NCBI GenBank assembly: GCA_963801605.1
Contig: CAWDFP010000006.1
Location: 160,001 to 224,000 of the forward strand
Reading direction: 5' to 3'
DNA: 64,000 nt
Source of the DNA: an uncultured candidate division Zixibacteria bacterium
GTDB taxonomy: Bacteria > Zixibacteria > MSB-5A5 > UBA10806
In this document: positions 11,409-21,500 of the stretch, piece after piece
Layout: every line of letters begins with the position of its first letter
How positions within the stretch are numbered: the stretch's first letter is position 1
Program-made: the position numbers and the translations under genes
Notes under the pieces: generated by a model
Told to the model about the DNA's origin: nothing
The model's input: only the letters and a program-made list of their open reading frames with translations
Databases searched by the model: none

Positions 11409-13304
11409 ATGAGCAAATTCTACGTTACCACACCAATCTATTATGTCAATGATGAGCCGCATATCGGCCATGCTTATACGACTATATTAGCGGATGTCCT
11501 GTCGCGTTATCATCGTTTGTTTGGCGATGACGTCTTTTTCCTGACCGGAACCGATGAACATGGTCAGAAGCTTCAGGAGGCAGCGGCCAAGAATAATCTC
11601 ACGCCGCAAGAATTTTGTGATAGGATGGTAATTCGCTTTCAGAAGGTTTGGGAACGTCTTAATATCAGCAATAGCGATTTTATCAGGACCAGCCAGGAGC
11701 GTCATGCTGTGGTTGTACAGAAGATTCTTCAGGATATTTATAACAAGGGCGAAATTTACGCGGCGGATTATGAAGGCTGGTACTGCACCCCCGACGAGCG
11801 CTTCTGGACAGAAAAGGATCTGGTCAACGGAAATTGTCCCGAATGCGGCCGTCCGGTAACAAAGATTACGGAGAAAAACTATTTCTTTAAGATGTCCAAA
11901 TACCAGGATTGGCTGATAAACTATATTCAGGCTAATCCCGATTTTATCCAGCCCGATTTTAGACGCAACGAAGTTCTGGGTTTCCTTCGCCAACCACTTG
12001 GAGACCTTTGTATCTCGCGGCCCAAATCGCGTCTAGCCTGGGGAATTGAACTACCTTTCGACAAGGATTATGTCTGTTATGTCTGGTTTGATGCCCTTAT
12101 CAATTATATTTCGACCATTGGATATACCAAGGATGATACTAATTTCAAGAAATGGTGGCCTGCGATTCATTTAATCGGAAAAGATATTCTGACCACTCAC
12201 GCCGTTTATTGGCCAACCATGCTCCAAGCGATTGGAATTGCCCAGCCTAAAACCATCTTTGCGCACGGCTGGTGGCTTTCCGGTGATACCAAAATGTCAA
12301 AATCGCTGGGGAATGTTATCAAACCGCTTGAGTTAGCGGATAAATACGGAGTCGACCCGTTTAGATATTTCCTGATTAGAGATATGACCCTGGGACAAGA
12401 TTCCAGCTACAGCGAGGATTCATTCATTGCCAGATATAATTCCGATCTGGCAAACGATCTGGGCAATTTGCTATCTCGCGTTGCCAAGATGATCAATTCC
12501 TATAATGGGGGTATTATTCCAAAAGCAACTCCCAGCGTCGAATCGGATTTCGAGCTTTCAATAAAGGTTGAGGACTTGCTTAAGGTATTTAAAGAAAGGA
12601 TCGAAACCTATAAACTCAATTTTGCCCTCGAGGATGTCATGGATTTGGTCAGAGCGACCAATCGTTATATCGAACAGAATCGTCCCTGGGACCTGGCTAA
12701 AAAGAACGAAACAGACAGGCTGAATACAGTGCTGTATTTTGGCGCGGAAGCGCTTCGGCTGGTATCCACACTACTCTCACCGGTGATGCCCGAGAAATGC
12801 CTCGAGATCAGGCGGCAGCTTGGCCTCTTAGACGAAAATAAGGAAGCATTTGAGCTTAAATGGGGCGCCCTTAAAGCAGGTACGAGGCTGGGGACTACGG
12901 AAACGCTTTTCCCGAGGCTCAAACGAGAGAGTACCGAGACGGTGCCTGCTGAATCCATAGCCGTCGTGGCGCCTAAAGGGCCGACAGTCAGCTACGATGA
13001 ATTTGCCAAGATCGAGTTTCGCACCGCCAAGATACTCGCCGCCGAAAAAGTTGAGGGTGCTAACAAGCTCTTAAAACTGCAAATCAATCTGGGAAACGAA
13101 ACTCGTCAGATAGTGGCGGGCGTGGCTCAATATTATTCGCCGGAGGAGATGGTCGGAAAAACAATTATCGTGGTGGCAAATTTAGAGCCAGCGAAGATCA
13201 GGGGCATCGAATCCAACGGCATGTTGTTAGCGGCCAAATCCGGTAATACGTTAGCGCTGCTAACATCCGATAAAGACATTCCACCCGGCGCGAAGATTAG
13301 CTGA
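11409..13304 (+). CDS. metG: Methionine--tRNA ligase with C-terminal tRNA-binding domain
   Basis: YVTTPIYYVN, HIGH, KMSKS; C-terminal NLEPAKIRGIESNGMLLAA. Confidence 0.97.
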   Translation: MSKFYVTTPIYYVNDEPHIGHAYTTILADVLSRYHRLFGDDVFFLTGTDEHGQKLQEAAAKNNLTPQEFCDRMVIRFQKVWERLNISNSDFIRTSQERHAVVVQKILQDIYNKGEIYAADYEGWYCTPDERFWTEKDLVNGNCPECGRPVTKITEKNYFFKMSKYQDWLINYIQANPDFIQPDFRRNEVLGFLRQPLGDLCISRPKSRLAWGIELPFDKDYVCYVWFDALINYISTIGYTKDDTNFKKWWPAIHLIGKDILTTHAVYWPTMLQAIGIAQPKTIFAHGWWLSGDTKMSKSLGNVIKPLELADKYGVDPFRYFLIRDMTLGQDSSYSEDSFIARYNSDLANDLGNLLSRVAKMINSYNGGIIPKATPSVESDFELSIKVEDLLKVFKERIETYKLNFALEDVMDLVRATNRYIEQNRPWDLAKKNETDRLNTVLYFGAEALRLVSTLLSPVMPEKCLEIRRQLGLLDENKEAFELKWGALKAGTRLGTTETLFPRLKRESTETVPAESIAVVAPKGPTVSYDEFAKIEFRTAKILAAEKVEGANKLLKLQINLGNETRQIVAGVAQYYSPEEMVGKTIIVVANLEPAKIRGIESNGMLLAAKSGNTLALLTSDKDIPPGAKIS

Positions 13305-13327
13305 CCTAATCATCTTTGGATTATAAT

Positions 13328-13357
13328 TACCGGAGTCTATATCAGGCTCCGGTTTTT
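13328..13357 (+). terminator. Intrinsic terminator after metG
   Basis: ACCGGAG...CTCCGGT followed by TTTT. Confidence 0.7.
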
Positions 13358-13383
13358 ATTTGCTGGCATGATGTATCCCTAAG

Positions 13384-13587
13384 CGGCCGCGGGTTCCGCC
13401 TTTCGGTCTTTTAGACCGAAAGAAGAAATCCGATTGGGGGTAGGCGGTTTTCTAAAAGTGTGGGTGGAATGCTTTCTTCGCAAAAGAGTTCTCAGGAAGC
13501 ATGCCACCTTTATATTTGAGGGGTCGGGCAGGCCCGCAATCGGATTTCTGTGCCCCGACTTCGTCGGGGCTGCGGAACCCGCGGCCG
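13384..13587. repeat. Nested inverted-repeat element (REPIN/BIME- or MITE-like)
   Basis: 16-bp perfect terminal IR CGGCCGCGGGTTCCGC; inner 13-bp IR AGAAATCCGATTG; three internal hairpins. Confidence 0.7.
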
Positions 13588-13627
13588 GATGCGATCACGA
13601 AGATTAGTAACCTATATTGATATTGTT

Positions 13628-15793
13628 TTAGGGAACCAGTTCCTGGAGCCGTTTGCGAGCGGCCTGGCTTTCGGGAAGTGCCAGGTTGAGATCGGCAAAG
13701 CGATGGTAATATTCGATGGCCCTAGCGGTATCGCCCAGCTTTTGGTCGCAGATAATTGCCAGATTAAACAGAAGTCTGGGATCGGCCCCGGGATAATTGA
13801 TTGCCGATTCAAATCCGGCCACAGCTTCGCGGAATTGGCCGCGATTCACGGCCCGGTAGGCAGTTGCCAGGGCCAGATTGTATTTGGCATCCCGGTTGTT
13901 TTGATTAATATCGATTGCCTTTTCATACAAGCCAATGGCGTCATCGTAATTGCCTTTATCTTTTCGAAGATTGCCCAGGTTAACGTAAATATTGGCGCGC
14001 TCAAATGCAGTAAGATGCCGCGATTTTAAAGCCTGCGAATACTCCTTATCGGCTAATTCTGTTTGTCTCAAATGGCGAAAAAAGACACCCAGGCTATTGT
14101 GAATAGAAGCTTCGCCAGATAAGGCGGCGACATCGCAAGCAGTATTAAAATCGCTTTGGGCGCGAGTAGTATCACCTGCAGCGATCAAGTCCTCTCCCCT
14201 ATCGAGATAAAGGTTTGAGAGCATCGTAATGCCCTTGAACTCAAGCTTTGATGAAAAGGAATTCAAGGCCGGAAGCTGCAGCCGATTCCAGACAGATTTA
14301 TCCTGTGGCCATTTGCCCCATCGATAGACAGGACCATGGGGAGTCAGGTTCATATTATAATAATCGAACACCAGTCCGCGGATAAGCAAGTGCTCCTTGA
14401 CGAGATACGATCTGGTTGGGTTGGACGCCATTATTTCCATGCACAAATCTTCGCCGGAGGGGGCCGGTTCAGCAGTGTGGTGAAGCTTGACCCGAAGTTT
14501 GCCTACAGTTTTAACGATATCGTAAATTTCCAAATCGGGACGAAGCCCCTCGACGTAGTGCAAATAATAAACCGATGAGTTAGCGTTATCTCCCACTGAA
14601 ACGAGAATTGAGTTAAGCGGAACCGAGTTCAAGATATTCATTCCATAGATATAAGCCAGCCTATTTTGGGACTGATTATTATCGGAAAAGTTTTTTGCAA
14701 ATGTGCCGATTAAAATAATCCCCAAAATGGTAATCGAAATTTCTCTCGCTTTCGGCAGATTGTGTAATATCCAAATCAATAGCGATATAAGCCCGGCTAT
14801 TCCGGCAAATATGGTGGGAAGGTAATACTGGTCGATATCGGGGATATCATAAAGCGCCGCCGCCGATAAATTGAATAAGATTATGGCTATAAGAATCAGT
14901 CGCGTTCTTCTTAAAATTACCCTCGGGAGAATTAGGCTGAAAAGCCCGGGGATAAGCACATATAACGGTAACTGTTCAGAAAGAATCACAATCGAGCGCC
15001 AGAGATTTTCCAGGTAGTTATCCAGCCTGACGCCGGTGATATATTCCTGATAGCGTTTGGCGGTGACATGATCGAAAAAGGCTTTGAAATTGGCCGGATG
15101 GTTCCAATCGGCAATTGGATTTAGCGATGACCTAACCGGGATATACAAATAGGCACTGATAGCAATCAGAAAGAGCAGCCCCAGAGTAATCCAGATTTTA
15201 ATGGGCACTCTGCGGGAGATTAGAGCATAGGCAATCGGAATAACCATCACCGCGATGCTTAGATGATTGGTCATTCCCAAGAATAAAAAATATCCTGAGG
15301 CAATTAGATATTTCTGTCGGCCATTTTCCAGGAAGCTTAAAAGGCATAACAACGATAGCAAAAATAGCAAAGACCCCAGCGAATAAACCTCAAATCCAAC
15401 GGCAGTCGCCCATAGAGAATTGCAGAAGCCGAAAATAATAGCGCCCAGAATCGGAATAACCAGGGCCGTTACGCGTTCTCTTTCAGATTGGGAAAAGAAG
15501 ATGACTCGAAAAACAAGTGCCGCAACGCCGCAAGCTCCGGAGGCCAGAAGCGCTGATAGGATATTAAACCCATGAGCGGGATTAATAGGCAGAACTGTCG
15601 CAATGGCCCGTCCGAGAAGAGTTAATATCGGATATCCGGGCGGATGCGCGATTCCCAATACGTAAGATGCCAGCGCCAGCTCGCCGCTGTCACCCGAATA
15701 GACTGTAGGACAAACTGTTTTGAGATATGCCAAAAACGTGGCTATGAATGGAATCGCAAATAGAAGCAGTTCGATTCGTTTAATTTTCGGCAT
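13628..15793 (-). CDS. DUF2723 (TMEM260-like GT-C glycosyltransferase) membrane protein with C-terminal TPRs
   Basis: GDSGEL...LGIAHPPGYP, EVYSL, NH motif, multiple TM segments, TPR repeats. Confidence 0.85.
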   Translation of the reverse strand: MPKIKRIELLLFAIPFIATFLAYLKTVCPTVYSGDSGELALASYVLGIAHPPGYPILTLLGRAIATVLPINPAHGFNILSALLASGACGVAALVFRVIFFSQSERERVTALVIPILGAIIFGFCNSLWATAVGFEVYSLGSLLFLLSLLCLLSFLENGRQKYLIASGYFLFLGMTNHLSIAVMVIPIAYALISRRVPIKIWITLGLLFLIAISAYLYIPVRSSLNPIADWNHPANFKAFFDHVTAKRYQEYITGVRLDNYLENLWRSIVILSEQLPLYVLIPGLFSLILPRVILRRTRLILIAIILFNLSAAALYDIPDIDQYYLPTIFAGIAGLISLLIWILHNLPKAREISITILGIILIGTFAKNFSDNNQSQNRLAYIYGMNILNSVPLNSILVSVGDNANSSVYYLHYVEGLRPDLEIYDIVKTVGKLRVKLHHTAEPAPSGEDLCMEIMASNPTRSYLVKEHLLIRGLVFDYYNMNLTPHGPVYRWGKWPQDKSVWNRLQLPALNSFSSKLEFKGITMLSNLYLDRGEDLIAAGDTTRAQSDFNTACDVAALSGEASIHNSLGVFFRHLRQTELADKEYSQALKSRHLTAFERANIYVNLGNLRKDKGNYDDAIGLYEKAIDINQNNRDAKYNLALATAYRAVNRGQFREAVAGFESAINYPGADPRLLFNLAIICDQKLGDTARAIEYYHRFADLNLALPESQAARKRLQELVP

Positions 15794-15950
15794 GTCTCAA
15801 GATAAGTATTGTGGCTATCGACGGGCAATATTAAAAGAGATAAAAACTGGGAGCGAGCCGGCGCACCGGAAGGTACGCCAACCAGGTCCCCTCAAAAAAG
15901 CAGCCGGCACACATCCTCGTTTATCGGCCGAAATAAATTCATTTGTGATT

Positions 15951-16421
15951 CTATTTTATAAAAGTATAGCTAACAATTCGGCGGTATTTCCCGTCCTTAC
16001 GATTCATCATCTTCTCGTCAATGAACTCCCGTCTCACCCGACAATAATCATCATGAAACCGACTGATAATCTCATTGACCTCTTTTTCCGAATAGATTCG
16101 ATTGAGTTCAAACTGCCGCAGGATATATTCCAGAATATATTTCCGTCGTTTAAGCTGAACGGGCAGAGTCTCAAATCGGCCATCTTTCATGAATCGTCCG
16201 ATAACCAGCTCTCCGGGATTCTGTAATTTTTTATTGGAATGTCTCTCCAGCCATTCTATCAGATCGGCTTCCTTAATACGCCAGTCTTTCCCTATTTTAT
16301 AGCCGTTAAGTTCGCCATATTGCAGTTTGCGAGCAATCACCTGAACATTCATTTTGAGCATTTCAGCGATTTCATTGGTGCAATAGAATTTCAAATTGGC
16401 GTTGTTTTCATTATTTATCAC
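15951..16421 (-). CDS. Excisionase/BldC-like HTH fused to DUF2087
   Basis: FYCTNEIAEMLKM...GELNGYKIGKDWRI; YSEKEVNEII..HDDYCRVRREFID; GAGG SD with GTG start. Confidence 0.8.
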   Translation of the reverse strand: MINNENNANLKFYCTNEIAEMLKMNVQVIARKLQYGELNGYKIGKDWRIKEADLIEWLERHSNKKLQNPGELVIGRFMKDGRFETLPVQLKRRKYILEYILRQFELNRIYSEKEVNEIISRFHDDYCRVRREFIDEKMMNRKDGKYRRIVSYTFIK

Positions 16422-16454
16422 TTGTTTACCTCATTTCTGTTCTCAAAAACACAT

Positions 16455-16482
16455 ATTATAAGGTATTATTCGGTATTGTCAA
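16455..16482 (-). promoter_or_regulatory. Sigma70 promoter TTGACA-16-TATAAT overlapped by five 10-bp-phased TATTRT repeats (16454-16499)
   Basis: Consensus hexamers read directly; repeats at 16454, 16464, 16474, 16484 and 16494. Confidence 0.75.
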
Positions 16483-16553
16483 GTATTATTAAATATTATG
16501 GATAAACCGCTATTTTATTAATGATGACATATATAATGAGGTGCTTCAACTAT

Positions 16554-16585
16554 AAAAAAACGTCCGGTAGCCTTAACCGGACGTT
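16554..16585 (-). terminator. Intrinsic terminator
   Basis: AACGTCCGG...CCGGACGTT hairpin with a T-run on the minus strand. Confidence 0.7.
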
Positions 16586-16606
16586 CACTATTAATAATAA
16601 CTAATT

Positions 16607-18412
16607 CTATCTTACTAATGGCGGGCAATCAGGGCAAGCCGAAACCATCGGACCGCCCTTAAAATATGCCACCATGAAAGTAACATCCAAACCGTTAAAT
16701 GAGCAGCTGCCGTTAACATCTCCAGCCACATAAAAGATTCCATGAGGCGGACAATCGCAGGAATACGGCGGAGGCGAGCCACCCTTGAAATAGCCGACGC
16801 TATAGGTAACATCAAGACCGTTGAAGATGCCGCTGTTATTAGCATCACCCAAAACATAGTCGCATCCGCCACCGGACCGAGCCGGGTTGGGGATTTTAAG
16901 ATAGACCACGGGATCGAGCGTCGGACTACCCTCGTTAAGAGGCAGGCCTCCAGCGTCCTTGTCATCGATATAAAGGATATGAAGATAATTATCGACATGC
17001 TCGGCCAGGCTTGACCAGTTATCGCTGTCGCAGAAGCCGGGTGCACAGTTTGGAGTCGGCGTATTAGTGAGATTCATCGGATTCCGCCAGTTATTTCCAT
17101 TATCTGTCGAATAAGTCATATAGATTTCGCCGTTACCGCAAGGCATGGCATTATCGCCGCCGCAGGGAGAGGGATCGGCGCTTAAAGTATCAAATTGAGC
17201 ATAATCCGACGGATCGAATCTGGTAAAGACAACGAAAAGGAAATTTGAATCGTCAACTCCGATAGACATCTTGGCGATTGGCAGGTTCCAGGCGCCCATA
17301 TCGCAGGGCCATTCGCGAACCGGATGCTCGTAGATGAGATTAATACCGGTTTGAGCCGACCAATGGAAAAGCGCCGTGCGATATAACACAACCATAGCAT
17401 TAGCGGTGTCGCGCGTTACATAGGCAGCGTTCCAGATAATATGCAGATTGTCGTTGTAATCGTACACCGCGTCAACATCGGTATATGCTCTGAGTGTGGT
17501 ATCGCCTTGAGCGGTTGGAGGGTAGGTCGTAATATAAACCGATCCGGTCCCAAAATCCCAATTAACGCCGTCAAGCGATTGAGAGTACATCACGTTATTA
17601 TCGTACTGATTCACATCCTGCATCGTTGGCTCGGTCCAGACGACAGCCGATTTTCCCGAAATAGGGCTGGAGGTGATAACCGGCGAGGCGGTATATCCAA
17701 AATCGAATATTATCGGATCGGTCCAGGTGGATGAACCAAAAGGCAGCCTGGTATACATATATCCAAAACGCTGCTGCGGATCATTGACCGCTTCGGATGC
17801 TACGGCCTGAATATTATCATTGGCGTCAATTGAAATTTTGGGCCAGATAAAATCGCCGGCGCCAATCGGGAATGAGGTGCTGTCGATAGTAAATTGTCCT
17901 AATCCCCTGCCGCTATCGAACGCCAGTCTGGTTCCGAGAGATAAAGAATTATGATAACCGATAACTGCAGTATTTCTGATCGACGGATTGGCAGCTCCAT
18001 TCCAAACATCGAGATTGGGATAGCCCGCCTGATCCCGTCCCGGTAACAACACTGGCGGCAATGAATCACCAGTTTGGGATATAAAACCATAATAAACGCC
18101 GCGAGGACTCAGCAATTGGTTGGATGATCCCATCCAGCAGAAATGTACGCCGCCGTTTCCATCAACGACGATGCGATTTCCCATCGAGCCATTGGATTGA
18201 AAATCGTAGTAGGTAGTCCCAACTATACGACCTGGAGAATCCAAAATCGTTCCGGGGCGTATTGGTTCTCCCGGTTTTGGCGAGATGTAAGGCCTTACAC
18301 CGCCGTCTCTATTGGCGGGATGAAAGCTCGTGTAGCTTTTGAGCGCTATTGCATTGGAGCTAATTAAAGCCAATGCTAATGCACCCGCAATCGCAACAAA
18401 TGATCTATTTAT
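16607..18412 (-). CDS. Secreted beta-propeller/BNR-like protein with C-terminal dockerin-like domain
   Basis: Signal peptide; Asp-box YSTDNGNNW; paired GDANNSGIFNGLDVTY and GDVNGSCSFNGLDVTF; AAGGAG SD points to ATA at 18412 (first TTG at 18373). Confidence 0.75.
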   Translation of the reverse strand: MNRSFVAIAGALALALISSNAIALKSYTSFHPANRDGGVRPYISPKPGEPIRPGTILDSPGRIVGTTYYDFQSNGSMGNRIVVDGNGGVHFCWMGSSNQLLSPRGVYYGFISQTGDSLPPVLLPGRDQAGYPNLDVWNGAANPSIRNTAVIGYHNSLSLGTRLAFDSGRGLGQFTIDSTSFPIGAGDFIWPKISIDANDNIQAVASEAVNDPQQRFGYMYTRLPFGSSTWTDPIIFDFGYTASPVITSSPISGKSAVVWTEPTMQDVNQYDNNVMYSQSLDGVNWDFGTGSVYITTYPPTAQGDTTLRAYTDVDAVYDYNDNLHIIWNAAYVTRDTANAMVVLYRTALFHWSAQTGINLIYEHPVREWPCDMGAWNLPIAKMSIGVDDSNFLFVVFTRFDPSDYAQFDTLSADPSPCGGDNAMPCGNGEIYMTYSTDNGNNWRNPMNLTNTPTPNCAPGFCDSDNWSSLAEHVDNYLHILYIDDKDAGGLPLNEGSPTLDPVVYLKIPNPARSGGGCDYVLGDANNSGIFNGLDVTYSVGYFKGGSPPPYSCDCPPHGIFYVAGDVNGSCSFNGLDVTFMVAYFKGGPMVSACPDCPPLVR

Positions 18413-18510
18413 TTTATCGCTCCTTTGTTTCGGCTCTTATCCCCGCATCCAACGGTTTACAACAAAACTCTCCAACGCCATGTTCCGCTCATTTGCGGAG
18501 GCAATTACCG

Positions 18511-21500
18511 CTATTTCAAAAGCGTCATCTTCATGGTCTGGCTGTTGGAGCCAGCGGAGACCTTGGCAAAGTAAACGCCGGAAGCCACTTGGGAAGCATC
18601 CCAGGTGATCGACTGCGGGCCAACACCAAAGTGACCGTTCAAGGTCTCTACCAACTGGCCGGTGATCGAGTAGATGGCTACTGTCACATCGGATTCGGTC
18701 GGCAGGGAGAACTTAATCAGTGTCTTGGCATTGAACGGATTCGGATAGTTCTGGCTGACTGCGAATTCGCTCGGTACGGGAGCGCCGACACGGCTCTCAA
18801 GCAAACGACCATAAGAATCGGAAATTGAGGATTCAACTATGTTCACACTGCCTGACCCCGAAACGGGCAAAGTAAAGAGATTTTGAGTACCGGCTGGAAT
18901 CCTGTTGCCCGCCAGGGAGTAAATAAGTATCGAAAGCACTCCGTCAACGTCACGAGAGATAATATCCATGCCCTGAGCAGGTATCGGTTCACCAATCTCG
19001 ATTTCGTTATGTGCGATACGGATTAAGGCGCCACCAATTTCGAGTTGACTGCTAACTTTAATATTCATATTGCCGCATAACTCCGAGGGCATACTGATTA
19101 GCGCCGAACCGGCCTGCGGATCAAGCTTCGGGGTGATAAATCCATTTATTATATTTACAAAACGAACCAGGTCGGCAATATCAGCATAGCCGTTGCCGTT
19201 GAGATCGCTGCCAGCTTCCTGTAAAGCGTCATTACCGGGATAATGCGTATCGGACGAACACGCCGGCGATTGCCCAAAGCTATCATCCTCCAGCCATACC
19301 GAGTTACTCTCAATAAGCCGGCGCGCTACCAGAACGGCATCAGCAATTTCATAGAACTGGCAGTTCAAATTGGGATCGCCTCGATAGTTTTCAGGATTGG
19401 CGATGCGCACGCAGCCATCAAATTTGGCAGGATGAACAAACTCATAGCCGGTTTCATCCGAAATGGTATTATCAGTATAATCAGTTGAATCGAATGTGAT
19501 CGGAATCTCCATATCCCAAGGCAATCCCGGAGCGACGGCAAAGACTAACTTTAAGATCGGTTCAGGGTTTGTAACAGCTCCCATGGGCGGAGTATAATGC
19601 CCATCGTTGACATTCGCAACCCAAACGAATCGGTCTGAGCCAGGACCGAGCGGATCGGGCACCCAATTATGATATTCCTGACCATACCAGGTGCGATCCA
19701 ACCATTCCACACTGGTGAGGTTCAAGGCCGTAGGATCAGTTGAGATAAGGAGTTCAAATCCTCCGACACATCCTTCGTTATAGAGGCTGATGAGAACCTC
19801 AGCGTTGGAACCAGAAACCGCATCAGCGCAATTGAGAAGAAGCTGCGATGTATTCCCCAACTCCCCGCATCCAATTGTATCGGGAGGAGTGACTTGCAGG
19901 TCCCAAACCACCGTATCGCGGCTATTTGACAAGCCGCGGTTATCATCGGCAAAGAAGCGGAAATAGTGAACCCCGGTATCGCCGGGAGCCGTTGTCCAAT
20001 TGAAGTTGCCCAAACCTCCGCCATTATCGATAAATGATGAACCAACTGGCAAGCTTGCAGCTGTTAAGGTAAGGATATCATCCAAATCAGGATCGTTAGC
20101 CTGCAGGCTTAAGGAAACCGTACGTCCGGCAATAATTGTATGAGGCCCGCTGACTAACAGGTCGGGCTTTCTATTGGAGTTAAGAACTGTGAGAGAAATA
20201 TTTACAGTAGCGGTATCAACGTTAAGAAGAGCCCGCATCGAATAAGCAAGAAGGCGAACAGGGAACGGCGAGCCGACTGATGACCAGGGTCCGGCATAAT
20301 TGAAGGTGATTCTGGCAAAGGCAGTATCACCGTTCACACGGAGTGAATATCCCGGGAAGGTCGAATCCGGCGAGGGCGGCAGGAACGTAAAACTAAATCC
20401 GCCCATCGGGTCACCATCGGGATCATGAGCTCTAAAGACCACCGAATCGGGTTGCCCTTCATGGAAGATAGTGGGCGAATATAGAATTTGTATCACCGGA
20501 ACGCCATCAGGGAATACGCTTATTGTTACGTTGGCAGTATCGACTCCGCCTCGACCATCGGCAGCGGCAAACCTGACAATATAAGGCGAACCACCGAGAT
20601 CGGCGCTGGTCGGGGTCCAGGAGAAGCTGGCTGATACAGGGGACGGTCCGGATGCGCCGGGGAATGTACCGGGACCGGAAATCTTTGAAAGCGTTAGGTT
20701 ATTGTCAGCGTCGAGATCGTTAGCGGCCACGCTGAAGATCAGAGGATGATCCACCATGGCGGTATAATTGGAGCCGACCACGATCGCAGGTATGCGGTTG
20801 TTGTCATTTACTGTAAGAGAAAGCAGAAGAGTGTCGACGCTAAAATTATCGGAGGCGATGACCCTATATGGGAACGGTGAATTTGCATTTGAGAATTCAC
20901 CCAGATAATCGAATGTGACGATAACTCTTATCAGGTTTCCTACCAGATCAGCGGAGTATCGTGCAGGCGCAGAGGCATGACCGGGGAATGACGAATTAAA
21001 GGTCAGGCTGGCCGGATCGTAACCGCCCAGCGCTACAAAGAACGAATCGGCCGATTCTTCGGTGTAAATCGGCGGTTCGCCAATACCTCCATAAATATGC
21101 ATATCTATCCCCGATGGCCTGACATGAATATTAACGGTATCGTTAGCAATTCCGCCCAAGCCGTCGGAAACCGAGAAGATAACCTGATGAGCACCAATAT
21201 CGCCCAAAATGGGAGTCCAGCTATAGTTACCGACAACAGGCGGTTGGCCCGGAGTAGAAATGAGGATTCCCGGCCCGTTGAGCTTGGAAAGAGTTAAGGT
21301 GTTATCGAGATCAGGATCATTACCGCTGACATTGAATGCCAGCACTGCGCCAACATTGACGGTGGTATCGTTTATCGAACTGATCGATGGCATTCGGTTG
21401 TTGTCATGAACGATCAAGGATAGATCAAGTGTATCGGCGGAATGACCGTCCGAGGCAATTACTTTATAAGCAAATGGTGATTGAACCGAGGAGAACTCGC

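Noticed and set aside
15848..15890. Long hairpin with a GGAA tetraloop resembling SRP (4.5S) RNA
   Set aside because: Lacks the CAGG/AGCAG internal loop of SRP domain IV; it has a T-run on the minus strand and fits a terminator for the 15951..16421 gene
15951..16421. Excisionase marking a prophage or ICE
   Set aside because: No integrase, att-like repeat or phage gene nearby; the domain is fused to DUF2087
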